A stretch of 64,000 bases of DNA from Octopus sinensis (Eukaryota), in contig NC_043004.1 in the NCBI RefSeq assembly GCF_006345805.1, positions 42,966,001 to 43,030,000 on the forward strand, in the 5' to 3' direction. This document shows, one piece after another, positions 23,951-36,896 of this stretch. Each line of letters starts with the position of its first letter. Position 1 is the stretch's first letter. The notes under the pieces are model-generated. The model was not told the DNA's origin. It worked only from the letters and a program-made list of their open reading frames with translations, and searched no databases. The translations under genes were made by a program, and so were the position numbers.

Positions 23951-24926
23951 ATATGTATAGATTCTAAACGGATTAATAAAGATTGTTCGTCGTAAACGAT
24001 ATGGGAGTTCATGTAGGTTATTTAAAGTTACATGCAAGTAGTGATATTTTTATTATTTGATGAAAACTCCCAGCCTATTTTGCTAGGTGTGATGAAAAGT
24101 GTTTGCTCTCAACAGCCAACAGACTAAGGTGACACTTGTTTACTGTCATATCGTTACATTTGTTGCTATTATTATTGTTGTTGTTGTTGTTATTGTTATT
24201 GACTTTGCACAGCTTCTAAGTGCATGTGACCAAGATTTAGGGCTCAACCATCTCAGGTCACTATGCACAGAAGTGTAGCCATTTGTAGGATAAGAATTTT
24301 TGAGCCGCTTTGAGATTCAAACTCACTTTCTGAGTCTGCTATATGCATGCATCTGCATATCGACCACAAAAGTAAGGCACAATCTTTGTTGGTTTCAGAA
24401 ATAGTTGGACCGCGCGGTACTGGCCATTTCCTTGTAATCAGAAGCTAAGATATTAGTACTAATCATGATGAGAAGCAAAAGCTTTAGCTTCAGAATATTA
24501 AATATCTATAATCATGGTTCATGTAGTCAGATTTCTTCTAGTGACTACTGTCTTGTCGAGAGACTTCTCAATATTTTCTGTGTATGACTGGAACATCATC
24601 TTAGATAGTTGTTGAGGGGCATGCAGTATTCTGATGGCCCTGCTCAGATAGTTTACACTGCATGGCAATAAACGGCAGGATTTTGCAATATTGCGATGTT
24701 GTCATTGAAATACATCACCAATATACCAAATCATATATAGGTGGATTATCCAGATAAGTTGAGAAATAGATGCCGAATGCATAGGCTGTTCATATATAAC
24801 TGTGGTTGTCTACATAGTCCACAAAATTGTAATCTGTACAGCCGAACTAGACAGATATCTTAGTTAGGTACCTGATTATCGAAAGCGGAATCCATCTTTC
24901 ATAGTGAGCGATTACATTTTTCTTTA

Positions 24927-26200
24927 CCAGTTTCAGCTTGAGAGCTGCGGCCACGATGGAGTACCTATTTCTTTACTACCCACAAGGGGCCGAACACAGA
25001 AGGGACAAACAAGGACAGACAAACGGATTAAGTCGATTATATCGACCCCAGTGCGTAACTGGTACTTAATTTATCGACCCTGAAAGGATGAAAGGCAAAG
25101 TTGACCCCGGCAGAATTTGAACTCAGAACGTAGCGACGGACGAAATACTGCTGAGCATTTCGCCCGGCGTGCTAACGATACTGCCAGCTCGCCACGATGG
25201 AGTACCACAGTTATCTCTGCTATACGTTCACTACTTGAGTTTTAATTTTTTTCCGTCTCTACCAGTAGCTGTCATGTTTCATTGAGTCGCTGTTTGCTAG
25301 CGTCGGTGGGTTGCTTCGAGTTCCGTCGTTAATTTTACATAGTTTGGTTACTATAGTAGGGAGAAGCAGTCTACATGGCTGAGGAAAACTTGTCTCCAAA
25401 GGACCATCATTGTTTGTTGTTCTCTCATTCTGAAATCTATAAGGATCCATTCGGCCAGCCGTCTGCATTTTATTGCATCAGTACTTATATCAATAACTAG
25501 GTGACGAACTGATTTTGTTTCAGGGATTACAGTTCCTCTCGGGGTAGTGTATGGAGTCAGCATTTCTTTCAGTTCCTGCTGGTAGCTGAAGGCTTGGAAT
25601 TTTCCAACATTAAAGTACACCTTACCGTCTTAATCCCACCTACATACTGCGTCGAAGTACTGTTGAAGTTGCCAAACATCAACGTTCTTTATCCTGTAAG
25701 CGACTTTTGTATCATCTGCATAGCTGGCAAGTGTGTCTATCTGGGCGGGTGTGCGTATGAAGTAGCTCCAAGAGAGTGCCCAGTTGGACACCAATCTATT
25801 TGCGGCTTTTTGGTCAGCACTACCTGACTTCTGTCTTTTAGAATGTCATGTAACCACTCTCCAAGTTTTCTGACTATGCCACGAATAACGTAGCTGGTGC
25901 CCTTGGTCGATGTCACAAAGGCTTTTGCAAAATCGCGATATATATCACGTCCACATTTGAATTGTTAAACAGCTACCTCAACACAACACAATTCGTATCG
26001 TTGCATGATCTATGTCTAGCAGCTCATACCTGGTCGAAAATTGTGCTGGGTGTCAGGTAGTAAGTCATTCTCTTCATGGAATGAAACTAGTTTCCTTCGG
26101 ACAATTCATTCTATGACTTTGATTATGTGTGATGTCAGGGAGACAGGTCTATAACTTTTAGCATCTACTTCTTTCTCTATAAATAATACATAGTACTCTC
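24927..26200 (-). mobile_element. Decayed CR1/L2-group LINE (RT region to 3' tail)
   Basis: YRPVSLTSHIIKV, VDVIYRDFAKAF, LASYADDTKV and YFNVGKFQ motifs with many stops. The tail GTGGCCGCAGCTCTCAAGCTGAAAC matches the 17735 LINE. Confidence 0.85.
24966..25193 (-). mobile_element. Full-length SINE family A inserted in the LINE 3' tail, with TSD
   Basis: GCCACGATGGAGTACC is duplicated at 24950-24965 and 25191-25206. Confidence 0.92.
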
Positions 26201-26219
26201 TCCTTCAGTTTACATGAGA

Positions 26220-27100
26220 GTTTACCACTTGCAAGGAAGCACTAGGCTTTGACATAGGCAGCCGTTACTGAAAAAGGCGATTAAATTAGAATCGATAAGG
26301 TATGTTATCGAATTAGTCACAGAGAAAGCTAGACTAAAAGGAAAGTTAGAACGTCTGAAATAACGTTTAAGAAAGGCATTGTTACAGATTAGAAATTTGC
26401 GGTCAAATTTACTGTCGACTAAGTCTTCAGAGCAAAGCACGAAAGTAGTGTCTTCAGAACTAAAGTTAGTGGTGGAGACGCACTTGGAACCAAATCCATT
26501 GCTTGGTTTTAACTCGTGCTTCTCTGTTCCAAGCGAATTTTTCTTCGACTGATTGGAAAGACATGTTTTGTGGAAGGTAAAACAGATTGCTACACCTAAC
26601 TCCATGGTCTGCTGCAATTATCGCCATCGGAAGGAGAGAAATGCATGGATCCGATAACTGCTACGGAAATGGGAGATGCAGTGTCTACTGGCACGAGAAG
26701 CCACCCACATTGTTTCGACAGTCTAACCTTTTAAGTTCCAAGTATATATGCCAGATTTATAAAGTGAATTCTTCTTAGATTTCTATCGCAAGGTAGGTGA
26801 AAAACCACTCATGCGAAGCGACAACTGGTAGGGTTGAGCTGGCAGAATCGTTAGCACGCTTGGCAAAATGCTTAGCTACATTTCGTCCGTCTTTATGTCG
26901 TGATTTCAAATTCTGTAGAGGCGGTGCTCCAGCATGGCCACAGTCAAATGACTGAAACAAGTAAAAGAGAGTATACGAAAAAGTGTTGGGGGAGGAAATT
27001 GGAATGTTTCTGCCCATATATCTGAAACATGAAATTTTCAAGAATTTAGCCAATTTGTTAGCAAAGATTTTGCTGCCTTTGTCGTTAGTCGTGTATTAAT
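26220..27100 (-). pseudogene. Decayed LRR-like remnants, locus 2
   Basis: KFLKISCFRYMGRNIPISSPNTFSY; YLELKRLDCRNN; GVRCSNLFYLPQNMSFQSVEE; SVTNSITYLIDSNLIAFF. Frameshifted and interrupted by a SINE. Confidence 0.33.
26836..26973 (+). mobile_element. Short SINE: family-A head joined to family-B/LINE tail
   Basis: GAGCTGGCAGAATCGTTAGC...TTTCAAATTCTGTAGA runs directly into GGCGGTGCTCCAGCATGGCCACAGTCAAATGACTGAAAC. Confidence 0.8.
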
Positions 27101-28370
27101 GCCATTTCTAAAAATGGTATGTCTTAGGTTTTATAGCTTATCTTATTGATATTAACTACTGCCTACTAGGGTTTACGCATATCATATTCCTTATTTAGAA
27201 AATGGACATTTTTTTAGTTTTCTAATTTGTATAATTGCATCGAGTGAAACCATTCGAATTTATCACTAAGCACTGAAACATTGCATCAACAGCATATTAT
27301 AGGTTTCCTGCTATTTTGTTTTACCTTCTAAATTGCTATTACCTTCCAACATAACATTGATTAGGTTTGTAACTTATTTTCCAAGATTTACATCTATAAA
27401 GTGTAGAAGGCCACACTATTCAATTACATGGTTTTCTTTATATTCTAGTCTCGAAGATTAAGCAGGTCATTCTGTGTCATTCCCGAATACAGAAACTAGA
27501 AAGCGAGTTATAGGTTTAATATTCTTCCCAGGCATAAATATCTGAAATCTACACGTCTCTTGAAAGTAACTCTAATTTATCATACAGCTGGCAATAGACG
27601 ATACAAAAAATTCTCTGATATGAGAGAGACTAAAACTTGTTTGGATAGCAAATTCTAAACCTACCATGATTTATTTAGTAGAAGAGACCTAAAAACACGG
27701 CGCAAAAAGTATTCAATCTATTGAATAAATTGGGAATAATATGAATTAACAAAGAGTAGACCTAGACCCAAGAAAGCTTCCAATGTTGAATTACGACATG
27801 ATCAACTTGAAATTTGAATATGCAATGTAAAGTACACAGTAATTCCACTTTCCTTTACTCCAAGCATGCACAACCGTATGAAACATGGTTCATCATTTGG
27901 TGAGTCGTACTATTGAAACTTTGCATGATAATGTTTCGTTAGGCATGTCGTTCAGAACGTCCCTCAGGATGCTCTAATCAGTAATTAATCAAACGAGCAA
28001 CCAAAATGGACTTTACATCCGCAATTATATCTGGAAAAGTGCTACTGTTCTAGTCTTGCCCTCGCTAGTGTATATCAGAACGATCTAAATGCAACTTTAA
28101 ACGTACAATTTTACTTCAATCATTGGTTGAACAGCATATGTCTCCGAATTAGTTTCTATAGCTTTACATGTCAAATTTGATTCGACAAATTTTAAGTCAA
28201 TAGGAGGCGGAGCAGCGGAGATGTTATGTATGATTGTGCTAACAAAAAAAAAAAAGATTTAGATACGTTTAGGTTTCTCCCACTTAGTTTTCAGCGTACT
28301 AGTATCTTTGAATGGCCGAAGTGATATCATTTACAGCTGTAGGGCAAGGGTAATAAAAGCTAATTATCTA

Positions 28371-28543
28371 TAGGCGCAGGAGTGGCTGTGTGGTAAGTAG
28401 CTTGCTTAGCAACCACATGGTTCCGCGTTTAGTCGCACCGCGTGGAACCTTGGGTAAGTGTCTTCTACTATAGCCTCGGGCCGACTAAAGCCTTGTGAGT
28501 GGATTTGGTAGACGGAAACTGAAAGAGGCCTGTCGTGTATATG

Positions 28544-28587
<44 letters not shown>

Positions 28588-28793
28588 TGTGTCTATGTTT
28601 GTCGCCCCAACGACGCTTGACAACCGATGCTGGTGTGTTTACGTCCCCCGTCACTTAGCGGTTCGACAATGGAATAAGTACTAGGCTTACAAAGAATAAG
28701 TCCTGGAGTCGATTTGCTCGACTAAAGGCGGTGCTCCAGCATGGCCGCAGTCAAATGACTGAAAGGAGTAAAATAGTAAAAGAGTAAAGAGTA
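28371..28793 (+). mobile_element. Full-length SINE family B
   Basis: TAGGCGCAGGAGTGGCTGTGTGG head, CCTTGGGTAAGT core, internal (TG)n, GGCGGTGCTCCAGCATGGCCGCAGTCAAATGACTG tail, (AGAGTAA)-type end. Confidence 0.92.
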
Positions 28794-29778
28794 TGTTCAG
28801 CACCTGCAAGATAGGTACACACGACGACCCCATAAAATTGTTTTAGAAGGATGTCTATTTGTATTACATCAGGAAACTGTGGATAAACTGATTACTGCAA
28901 GTCGAAATAATGTTGTGGTCCATAACAATTCGGAGTACCTTCGATGACTTAAAATTTTATAAAGTGACGTTTGGAAAGCGGCGGAAAATATTACCGAAAA
29001 GGAAATAACACAAATCATATTTCTGGAGGCATCGCTCACTGTCTAGCATAACAAAGATTCAGCTTTGCATATTATTACATATTGTCCAAACTCCTGATTA
29101 CGTGGGTTGATTATCGATTGATAGACTGAGTTTGAAATAAATGCTGAAGCGACCGATGAAAATAAATGAAGATGAGAGAGAAGTATAACTTATTCTCAAA
29201 TAGGTTTTAAACGGAATTCCTAAAACCTGACTGAGGACATTACATGAGTACTGCCGCTTGTTATTAATTATATATTATATAATCATTGGAATCGATATAT
29301 CCGAGGATGATACATGGATCCATTTCCAATAGTAATAGACAAAGAAAAGAAACTATAGTCATACAAAAAACAAAGAAAATTACTAGTTATGTGCGCCTAT
29401 ACAGAGCACAATCATCGTGTATTTCTCACAAGATTAAAGCAGCAGATGAAAATGCATTGTATATTGGTTCCGGTTGGCGTAGGGGGTCAGTAATTATATA
29501 CCTTCTTTCAGATAAATTAACAGACATCGGTTAGCGTATTTGTCGTTTCTTTCTAACAGAAAGCGAGTCTTATGAGAATCGATTTCTAATCAAATTACTG
29601 GACTACACTGCAGATATATTGAATCATCGTCTAAAACACATTACCTCAATGAAAAGCGAGGCCGAGATACTCCGAAGAATGTTTATTAAACCCCGAACAT
29701 CTTAAATGTAATGTAATCAATGTGCTTGACACTAAAGGATTTTCTTCAGCAGTTTCAGCAAAATTGTGTCGAATTTAG

Positions 29779-30003
29779 CTAGCGTATCCATCTCTCATCA
29801 GCAATTTACATAATAGCAAAGTTTCACAAAAATGCAAGGTATTGCAGCATGCACGAAGCTGTAGTCGTGTTGTCAGTGCAAAGAAACAGGAGTTTATCAA
29901 TGCAGCATTTGCATGCTCCGGTTTAAGATATATTCGTGAAAAGCTTAACGCAAAAAGGTGTTCCTTTCAGAAGATATATTTTGATAATAATTCGCTTAAA
30001 ACA
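29779..30003 (+). CDS. Candidate 75-codon exon with LRR N-cap-like sequence
   Basis: AG at 29777-29778 (weak pyrimidine tract) and GTGAGT donor at 30004. Open frame ...CKVLQHARSCSR...FACSGLRYIREKLNAKRCSFQKIYFDNNSLKT. Confidence 0.28.
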
Positions 30004-30374
30004 GTGAGTATTCTAACACATAACAAAATTATAAAACATTAAATAGCAAATACCACTCTTTTCGTTTCTATTTAAATCAGAGTGTGTTAGAAAGTATCAA
30101 ACGTTATGTAATTCCATTAATTTCTGTGCTAAATTAAATTGCTACAGTTTTGACGAAGTAAAGAAAAGACTATAGATTTAATTCAAAATGTAGGTTTTTC
30201 TAGTCATTCATTATTGCTGCACATATACGAGCAAGAAGCTGGAAGAAAGAAGTAAGTAAAGCAAACATAAAACTATTTTAAAATACAAGGACTTCCTATC
30301 TTGTAAGAATCTATGTAAGATGACTAAACTACCACGCTAATATATCACACATGGTACCAAATACATTAACTGTA

Positions 30375-31256
30375 TAGAAAGAGATACTGAAAAGTAACGG
30401 GAATTTTCCAATATTTTATTCACTTAGTTTTACATGTTATCGTTTTCAAAGTATTCTCTTGTCGTTTTCAAAAGTATTCTCCATGTGACGCAATGCATCA
30501 GTCCAGACGCGTTTTCCAATATTCGAAGCAGTGCTGGAACTCTTGCAAAGCGATGCATTTTAAAACCTCCGTTGTTTTATTCTTCATCTCTTCCACATCT
30601 GCAAATTCCGTGGTTCCAGCTTTCGTCCCCAGTGATGACCTTCGACAAAAGGCCAGGATCAATTCCCAACAGTTCTTTCAATTCGCGACACGCATTCAGC
30701 TGTGACTGCTTTTGATCTTCCCGAGCAAGCGGGGCACACATTATTGTGCAACTCTTCATTTGCAATTACTCGATCAAAATTCGTTCTCACGAGTTCCAGG
30801 ACACACCAGTCATATAAACAAGTTTGTCAGGTTTTCAGTGATGGTCCTCCAAAGTTAGTTCATGGAATTACATGATTTCTTTTTCATTCGTTAGGGATGT
30901 CGACGGTCATATTTAACGAGATTGGTCTTCAAGAGACAAGTGACCATTCCTAAAGCGTGAAAACCACTCGTAAACTTTGTTTTTGCTTATGACAGCGCCA
31001 TTGTAAGCTCTTTAATGCATGACAACTGCTTCCACCGCCGTTTTCCCAAGTAGATATCACAATCTCACAGATGTACACTGTTCCCTTGTTTCAGCCAACT
31101 CAAAAAATCAAAGAACAGGAAAGAAACACTGCAAAACAAATACGCACCCCGTGGCATTACGATCTTACTCATATGGTTGAGGGTCATATCAAGTGGCTTC
31201 TAGCGGCGGAAAGCTGAATTACAAAGGGTTTGTCTCACTTTTGGATATCCCCTTGT
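30375..31256 (-). mobile_element. Internally deleted mariner
   Basis: ...LLSKVITGDESW is joined almost directly to FADVEEMKNKTTEVL...YWKTRLD*CIASHGEYFE. Right end TACAAGGGGATATCCAAAAGT (minus strand); left TIR degenerate. Confidence 0.75.
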
Positions 31257-33436
31257 ACATTGATATATGGTAACAGGAGTAGGATATATATATGTATGTG
31301 TGTGTGTATTTGGATGTGCATGTATAATGTATACACGTCTATATGAACACGGATTGTGTTAAACATAGTTAGAAACAGTAGTCTAAATGGTTGAGGACAA
31401 ATGTCCTCCAGAAGACCATAATGGCTCCCCGTTTTTTCGTTATTAAAGTTCTAAGAATCCAACACACACATATCTATATGTACAACAGTATAACTCTATG
31501 GATTGGATTTTTCTGTTCGGTCCATTACATAAATCAAATCCTTTAATTACAAATGTAAACTGTCGTAGAATTCTGCCGTATTTCATATAAATTCCTCCTG
31601 AATATATAGAAATAGCAAGCGTATCCTCAGTTGTTTCATTCGTTACTTAAATTACAAAAGAGACTGTTGAATATACCTTCAATTATCTGGAATGAACTTT
31701 CATTTATAGCCAATATTACTAAGTATATTTATAATGTTTTTACTGCGATGTCTTGAGTAATTTCATTTCTGAGTTTTTATGAGCTTAGATGCTATGCGTT
31801 GTGATAAGCTACAAATTACATCTATGCATTAAAAGCTTCACAGAGTATTTAATGTGTTTTGAAATATCAAAACCACTGAAAGGTTGTAAATGAATGCTAG
31901 TATTTAGTTTAATTCCACACTCACATCACGTAAATAAATTACTCCTCTTTTAAAGTAATCAACAGTATTGTAAAGAGAGTGAGGTCACATTGACCAGTTT
32001 TTAGGGTGTTGCACTTACGATCTTGAGATGGTGGTTGCAATTCCTGTAGCAAGTAGTGCGTTGTGTTCTCGAGCAAAACAATTCTCTTCGCATTACACTT
32101 TAATCACTTCGACACCTGAAGCGTCGTGAACCGTGCTCTTGTTTTGTCAGCTTATGTTTGATAGAGAAAGTGTGCTAATGTACAGCACAAACACTTGATC
32201 AAAATATAACATTCATCTGTAAAGATCGTTCGGCAAGAAATTGCTGAACAGTTTTTCTCAGACCACGGGAGACTAACATCATTCTAGAGGAATTCCTTAG
32301 CCGTTGTTGGATTGTCGTTAGTTTTACTAAATAATTACCGGTGTGAATGTAGAATTCATTCTTGACTGGTGATATGCAACAGCATAAGTGCATGAATCTT
32401 CACAATTACTACATTTGAAAACTATTTCATTTTAATAAATTGTTTTGGCCAGTTATAAGAGGCCGTCTAAATTTATATAATTGCATAATGGTTGCCATAA
32501 ACTGGTATCTTCCAAATAGCATTTCTATTCGTCATCCCATCTTTGTAATATCGAATTTACAATGGGGAATATATTTTATAGACGTTTTATTAAACCGTGC
32601 AGAGCGATTGGAAACAATCTTGGCTATTAATTCATTGAAATATTTTATTCAGATTAGCAGTTTTATTTTTGTGCTATAATAAACGTTTGGAGACATGGGC
32701 CGACGTCACGTGTGTAAATTAATGAGAATTAATGAAATACGTGTGCTACTTATAAACGAATGGCTTTTGTGTAGGTCGCTACCTTGGCAATACATACCTC
32801 CATATATGTACATACGAAGAGACATACATACATAAAAGCATATGTGTGTGAGTGTGTCATACAACTCCAGCATCGTTAATCAGCATCCCTTCAGTCTACT
32901 TAGATGACCATGTTAAAATTTACTTAATAAACATAATCTTTATACTATTCTCTGCCGAAACCGAACGCGTGGTCGAGGCAATCTTCTAAATTGTTTCAAT
33001 GAATTAAAATATTTTATAATTACCAATGTTTTTGCTTTGCGTATACAATGATATACTGAATAATTATTGTTCCATGTGTATAATATTTGAAATTAATTAC
33101 ACTAACTGGTTATTCTTAAGCGGTTGACCTTCTTCGTGTAATTTTGCCGCGGGTAGGGTGACAAAGATCGGCTGGAAGACAGTAGTGGTGGATTTCAGGG
33201 TTGTGATACACTAAAATATAATCCTAGAGGAGAATTGTTGACATTGTGAGTGTCACTTAATTACTATCAAGTCAACGTACCAAGCTATCATAATCGGCTG
33301 CCTATATAGAAATTGAGAGTATAGAATTTTAGATTTGGCATGATTATAATTTCAGATTCATCTTAATTCCAGCGTCAATCATTCACACCACCTCTTTCAA
33401 ATGAATATGCTGAAATTCCGAATACACACACACACA

Positions 33437-33471
<35 letters not shown>

Positions 33472-33477
33472 CACACA

Positions 33478-33580
<103 letters not shown>

Positions 33581-35373
33581 TATATATTGTGTGTGTGTGT
33601 GTTAGGTGAAAAAGGGTCATCAGAAATTTTCTTAAAAACCCTTCTATTTATTATTAGTGTTTTCGTTCATTTCTCGAACTTGGCAAATATAATTTTGTGA
33701 CTGCACAATTAGCTTGTTCATTGATATAAAAGATATTTTCTGCAGGTTTTGTTTAGAAGAGGAGAACATGGTTTTTATTTATTTTTTATTTTAATGAGGT
33801 TCCATGACAATGGATATATATGGATAGAAATACAGGTAGGTAGATATGTTGATAGATAGATAGATCGATTGATAGATAGGTAGAGAGAGGGACAGAGAGA
33901 TGGCAGATCTCCCTTCCTATTCACCCTTCATTTATTCATTTAGTAATTTACCATTGTATTAGAATGGGTTTAAGGGTGGCGACCTGTTCGAAAAAAAACA
34001 GGTGAGGTGTAATCATCACTTTCTTACTTTCTCTCCCCCCTTCTTCCCCTTTTTCCTTTTCCCGTTTTACTGCCTTTTACATTCAAGTTTTGAAACAATC
34101 CCTTGATGAAGTGACTCTGTGTGTGCATGTGTGTGTGTTTGGGAAAATGTCCCTGTTTATACCGTGTAACGTCGATGCTTTGCATTAAAAAACACGTTGG
34201 CAGAATGATTTATTTTGTTTGCCAATGTAATTTTCTTTACAGTTTGGGAAGCTAATGCAGTATATGAGGCTTTGTTTTTGCAGATAGGAAATGCAAAACA
34301 AAATACCTCATATACTGTATTAACTTCAAAGAAAATTACATTGGTGAAACAAATAATTCCCTCTGCCAATGTGCAAGAATCCACAGGCAACATATGCGAC
34401 AAGAGGAATTGCGTAAGATTCCATTAAGTAAGCATCTGGAAATATGCAACGACGGAAAATTCAAAAATGTTTTCTTTTAATAATGTGCAAGGGACAATCT
34501 GCAATACCAAACAGCGATGGAACTACTTTTAATCAAAAAATTCTCCACAAAATTGAATGTTTGAAAGAAAAGCGGAGATAGTGCATTTTGTATTCTAAAT
34601 ATAACTCAAATAAAGGAAACATAATGCTTATCTCAGTAAATATTTAGGTGTGTATATGTTGCATTGAGATTTTCTGAGCTTTGCGTGTTTTTCTAGTTTG
34701 CAAGTGTTATACTAATGTTCTCTAATGCTAAATCATAAAAATTGAAAGAAGCGTGATTTTGTTTTTCAATGCAAAACATCGAAGTTAGACATTATAAACA
34801 TGGGCATATTCTCAGACAAACACACACACATACGCACACACACACTCATTTCATCAAGGAATTCTCTCCAAAATTGATTGTCTCAAGGTAAAGCGGAGAA
34901 TTAGCATTTTTTAAATTCCAAATGTGGCTCATCTTTACAAATGTTCAGAACTATATTGCATCAAAAAATCTCTTCAAAATTGAATGTTTGAGAGAGAAAC
35001 GGAGACAGCAAATTTTATATTCTAAATCTAACTCAAAGTGCAGAAAAATAAAAAAAAGAGGAAAAAAGGAAAGAGGAAAGAAAAGGAGGAAAAAGGGAAA
35101 AGAAAGAACAAGAGGGGGAAGAAATGGGGTATAGAGAAAGAAAACCCAAAAAACTTCAATGTTGACCACACCACACCTTTTTTTTAAGAGGTCACCATCC
35201 TTAAACTCATTCCAATGCAATGGTAAATGACTAAGTAAATACATGAATCATGAACTGGAAGAGAGAGCCCTCTTCTCTCTCTCCCTCTCTCTAGTTATTC
35301 ATCTATCTATCTATCTTTCTGATTATCTATTAATCAATCTATTAACCTATCAACCTATTTATACATACATACA

Positions 35374-35441
<68 letters not shown>

Positions 35442-36212
35442 TATAAATACAGATCATGTTTAAACACATAAGAGATATCCTTCATAGGATTCCTTTCACG
35501 ATACAAGGAAGAAATAAAGCCCAAACCACTATTAGAGGGAAAAAAAGTCGAAGGGAATGAAAAAGAAAAAACATTTACCATCTATTTTCTTGACCATGAT
35601 TTCTGACTTTTTGTAGCAAATAAATTTGCTAGACAAAGTCTTCATCAACAGGTACGCCTAGATGAGACGTAAGTACGAGGCAAATCCAGCATGTGCCTCT
35701 TGCTTGTACATTATAACTTTTCAAATCCACGGCGCAAGCGCAGTTTTTGTCGGCAGTAAAAAACATACCGGCATTTCTTCGAACAATTCTCCAGAAAAAA
35801 ATTATCAATATTTAATAATATCAGGTTAAAGAATATTTTAGAAATGTTTACTACTTGTGGCCTATAGTGTAGAAAAGTTAGTCAATAGACTACATATTAT
35901 TCATATAAATATAGTGTACATTTAAACACATAACAGGTATCCTTCATAGGATTCCTTTCACGCTAGAAGGAACAGCTGAAATCCAAACCACTATTAGGGA
36001 TAAAAAACCTTTATCCCTAAGATATATATACATACATACATATATCTAATGTAAGATAAAATTATTTCGAAAAAAATATTATTTTCCCCCAAAAGTTTTA
36101 TCAATGGCCAGCATATAAAAAAATACCTTTAAAGGTTAAATCTATAACAATTCATAATTAAGGGCAAACGAAAAAATTTCTAATGCCAGATATGCCGAAA
36201 AATTGGACATAT

Positions 36213-36272
36213 TGTCCATTAACCATATAATTTTTTCATATAATTGTGAAAGAATTATATGGTTAATGGACA
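36213..36272. repeat. Perfect 20-bp inverted repeat (hairpin)
   Basis: TGTCCATTAACCATATAATT ... AATTATATGGTTAATGGACA. Confidence 0.85.
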
Positions 36273-36276
36273 TACA

Positions 36277-36322
<46 letters not shown>

Positions 36323-36896
36323 ATTCTATACAGTACGTTTTAAAAGGATATTTTGAATTTAGCATTGGATTCAGGTTTGCTGGTTCATTCCTTAAAGTCA
36401 TTGTGTTGATCCCATGATATACACCAGTAAATTTGTTTCAGTAGTGCCCATGTAAACTAATGAAAATGAATTAATTGAACCTTAAAGTTTAAATGGCTGT
36501 TTTCGTTTTAAAAGTTGCATCTTATACCTGGTATAAAGATCAGCTGGGTCATATTTCCGTGTCAATTAAATTTTAATCAGCAACCGTTTATATGCTACCA
36601 GCTGCACACGATAACATTGGCTTTATTAGCTTTATTTCTGTTTCAAATATGGCGGCTATTTTCTTAAAGAAGAGACGAAACATTGTTACACGCCGCAACA
36701 ACCTCTAAATATTCTACAGTTTCCACTTTCCTTCCATGAAATACTGAATTCTGTAATAGGTTAAAGAAATTCAAATCATATGTTATGACAGAAAGTCATG
36801 GGTTGTTATATCAAAAATATTAAATATTAATTATATTAATTAGGTTCGCTATTACTAAGGGCTTCGGTGATATCAAGGTACCATTAAGTCACATAT

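Noticed and set aside
32200-32680. Plus-strand LLNNYRCECRI and WYLPNSISI..IFVI as LRR C-cap/TM
   Set aside because: Needs several frameshifts and the match is too short to distinguish from chance.
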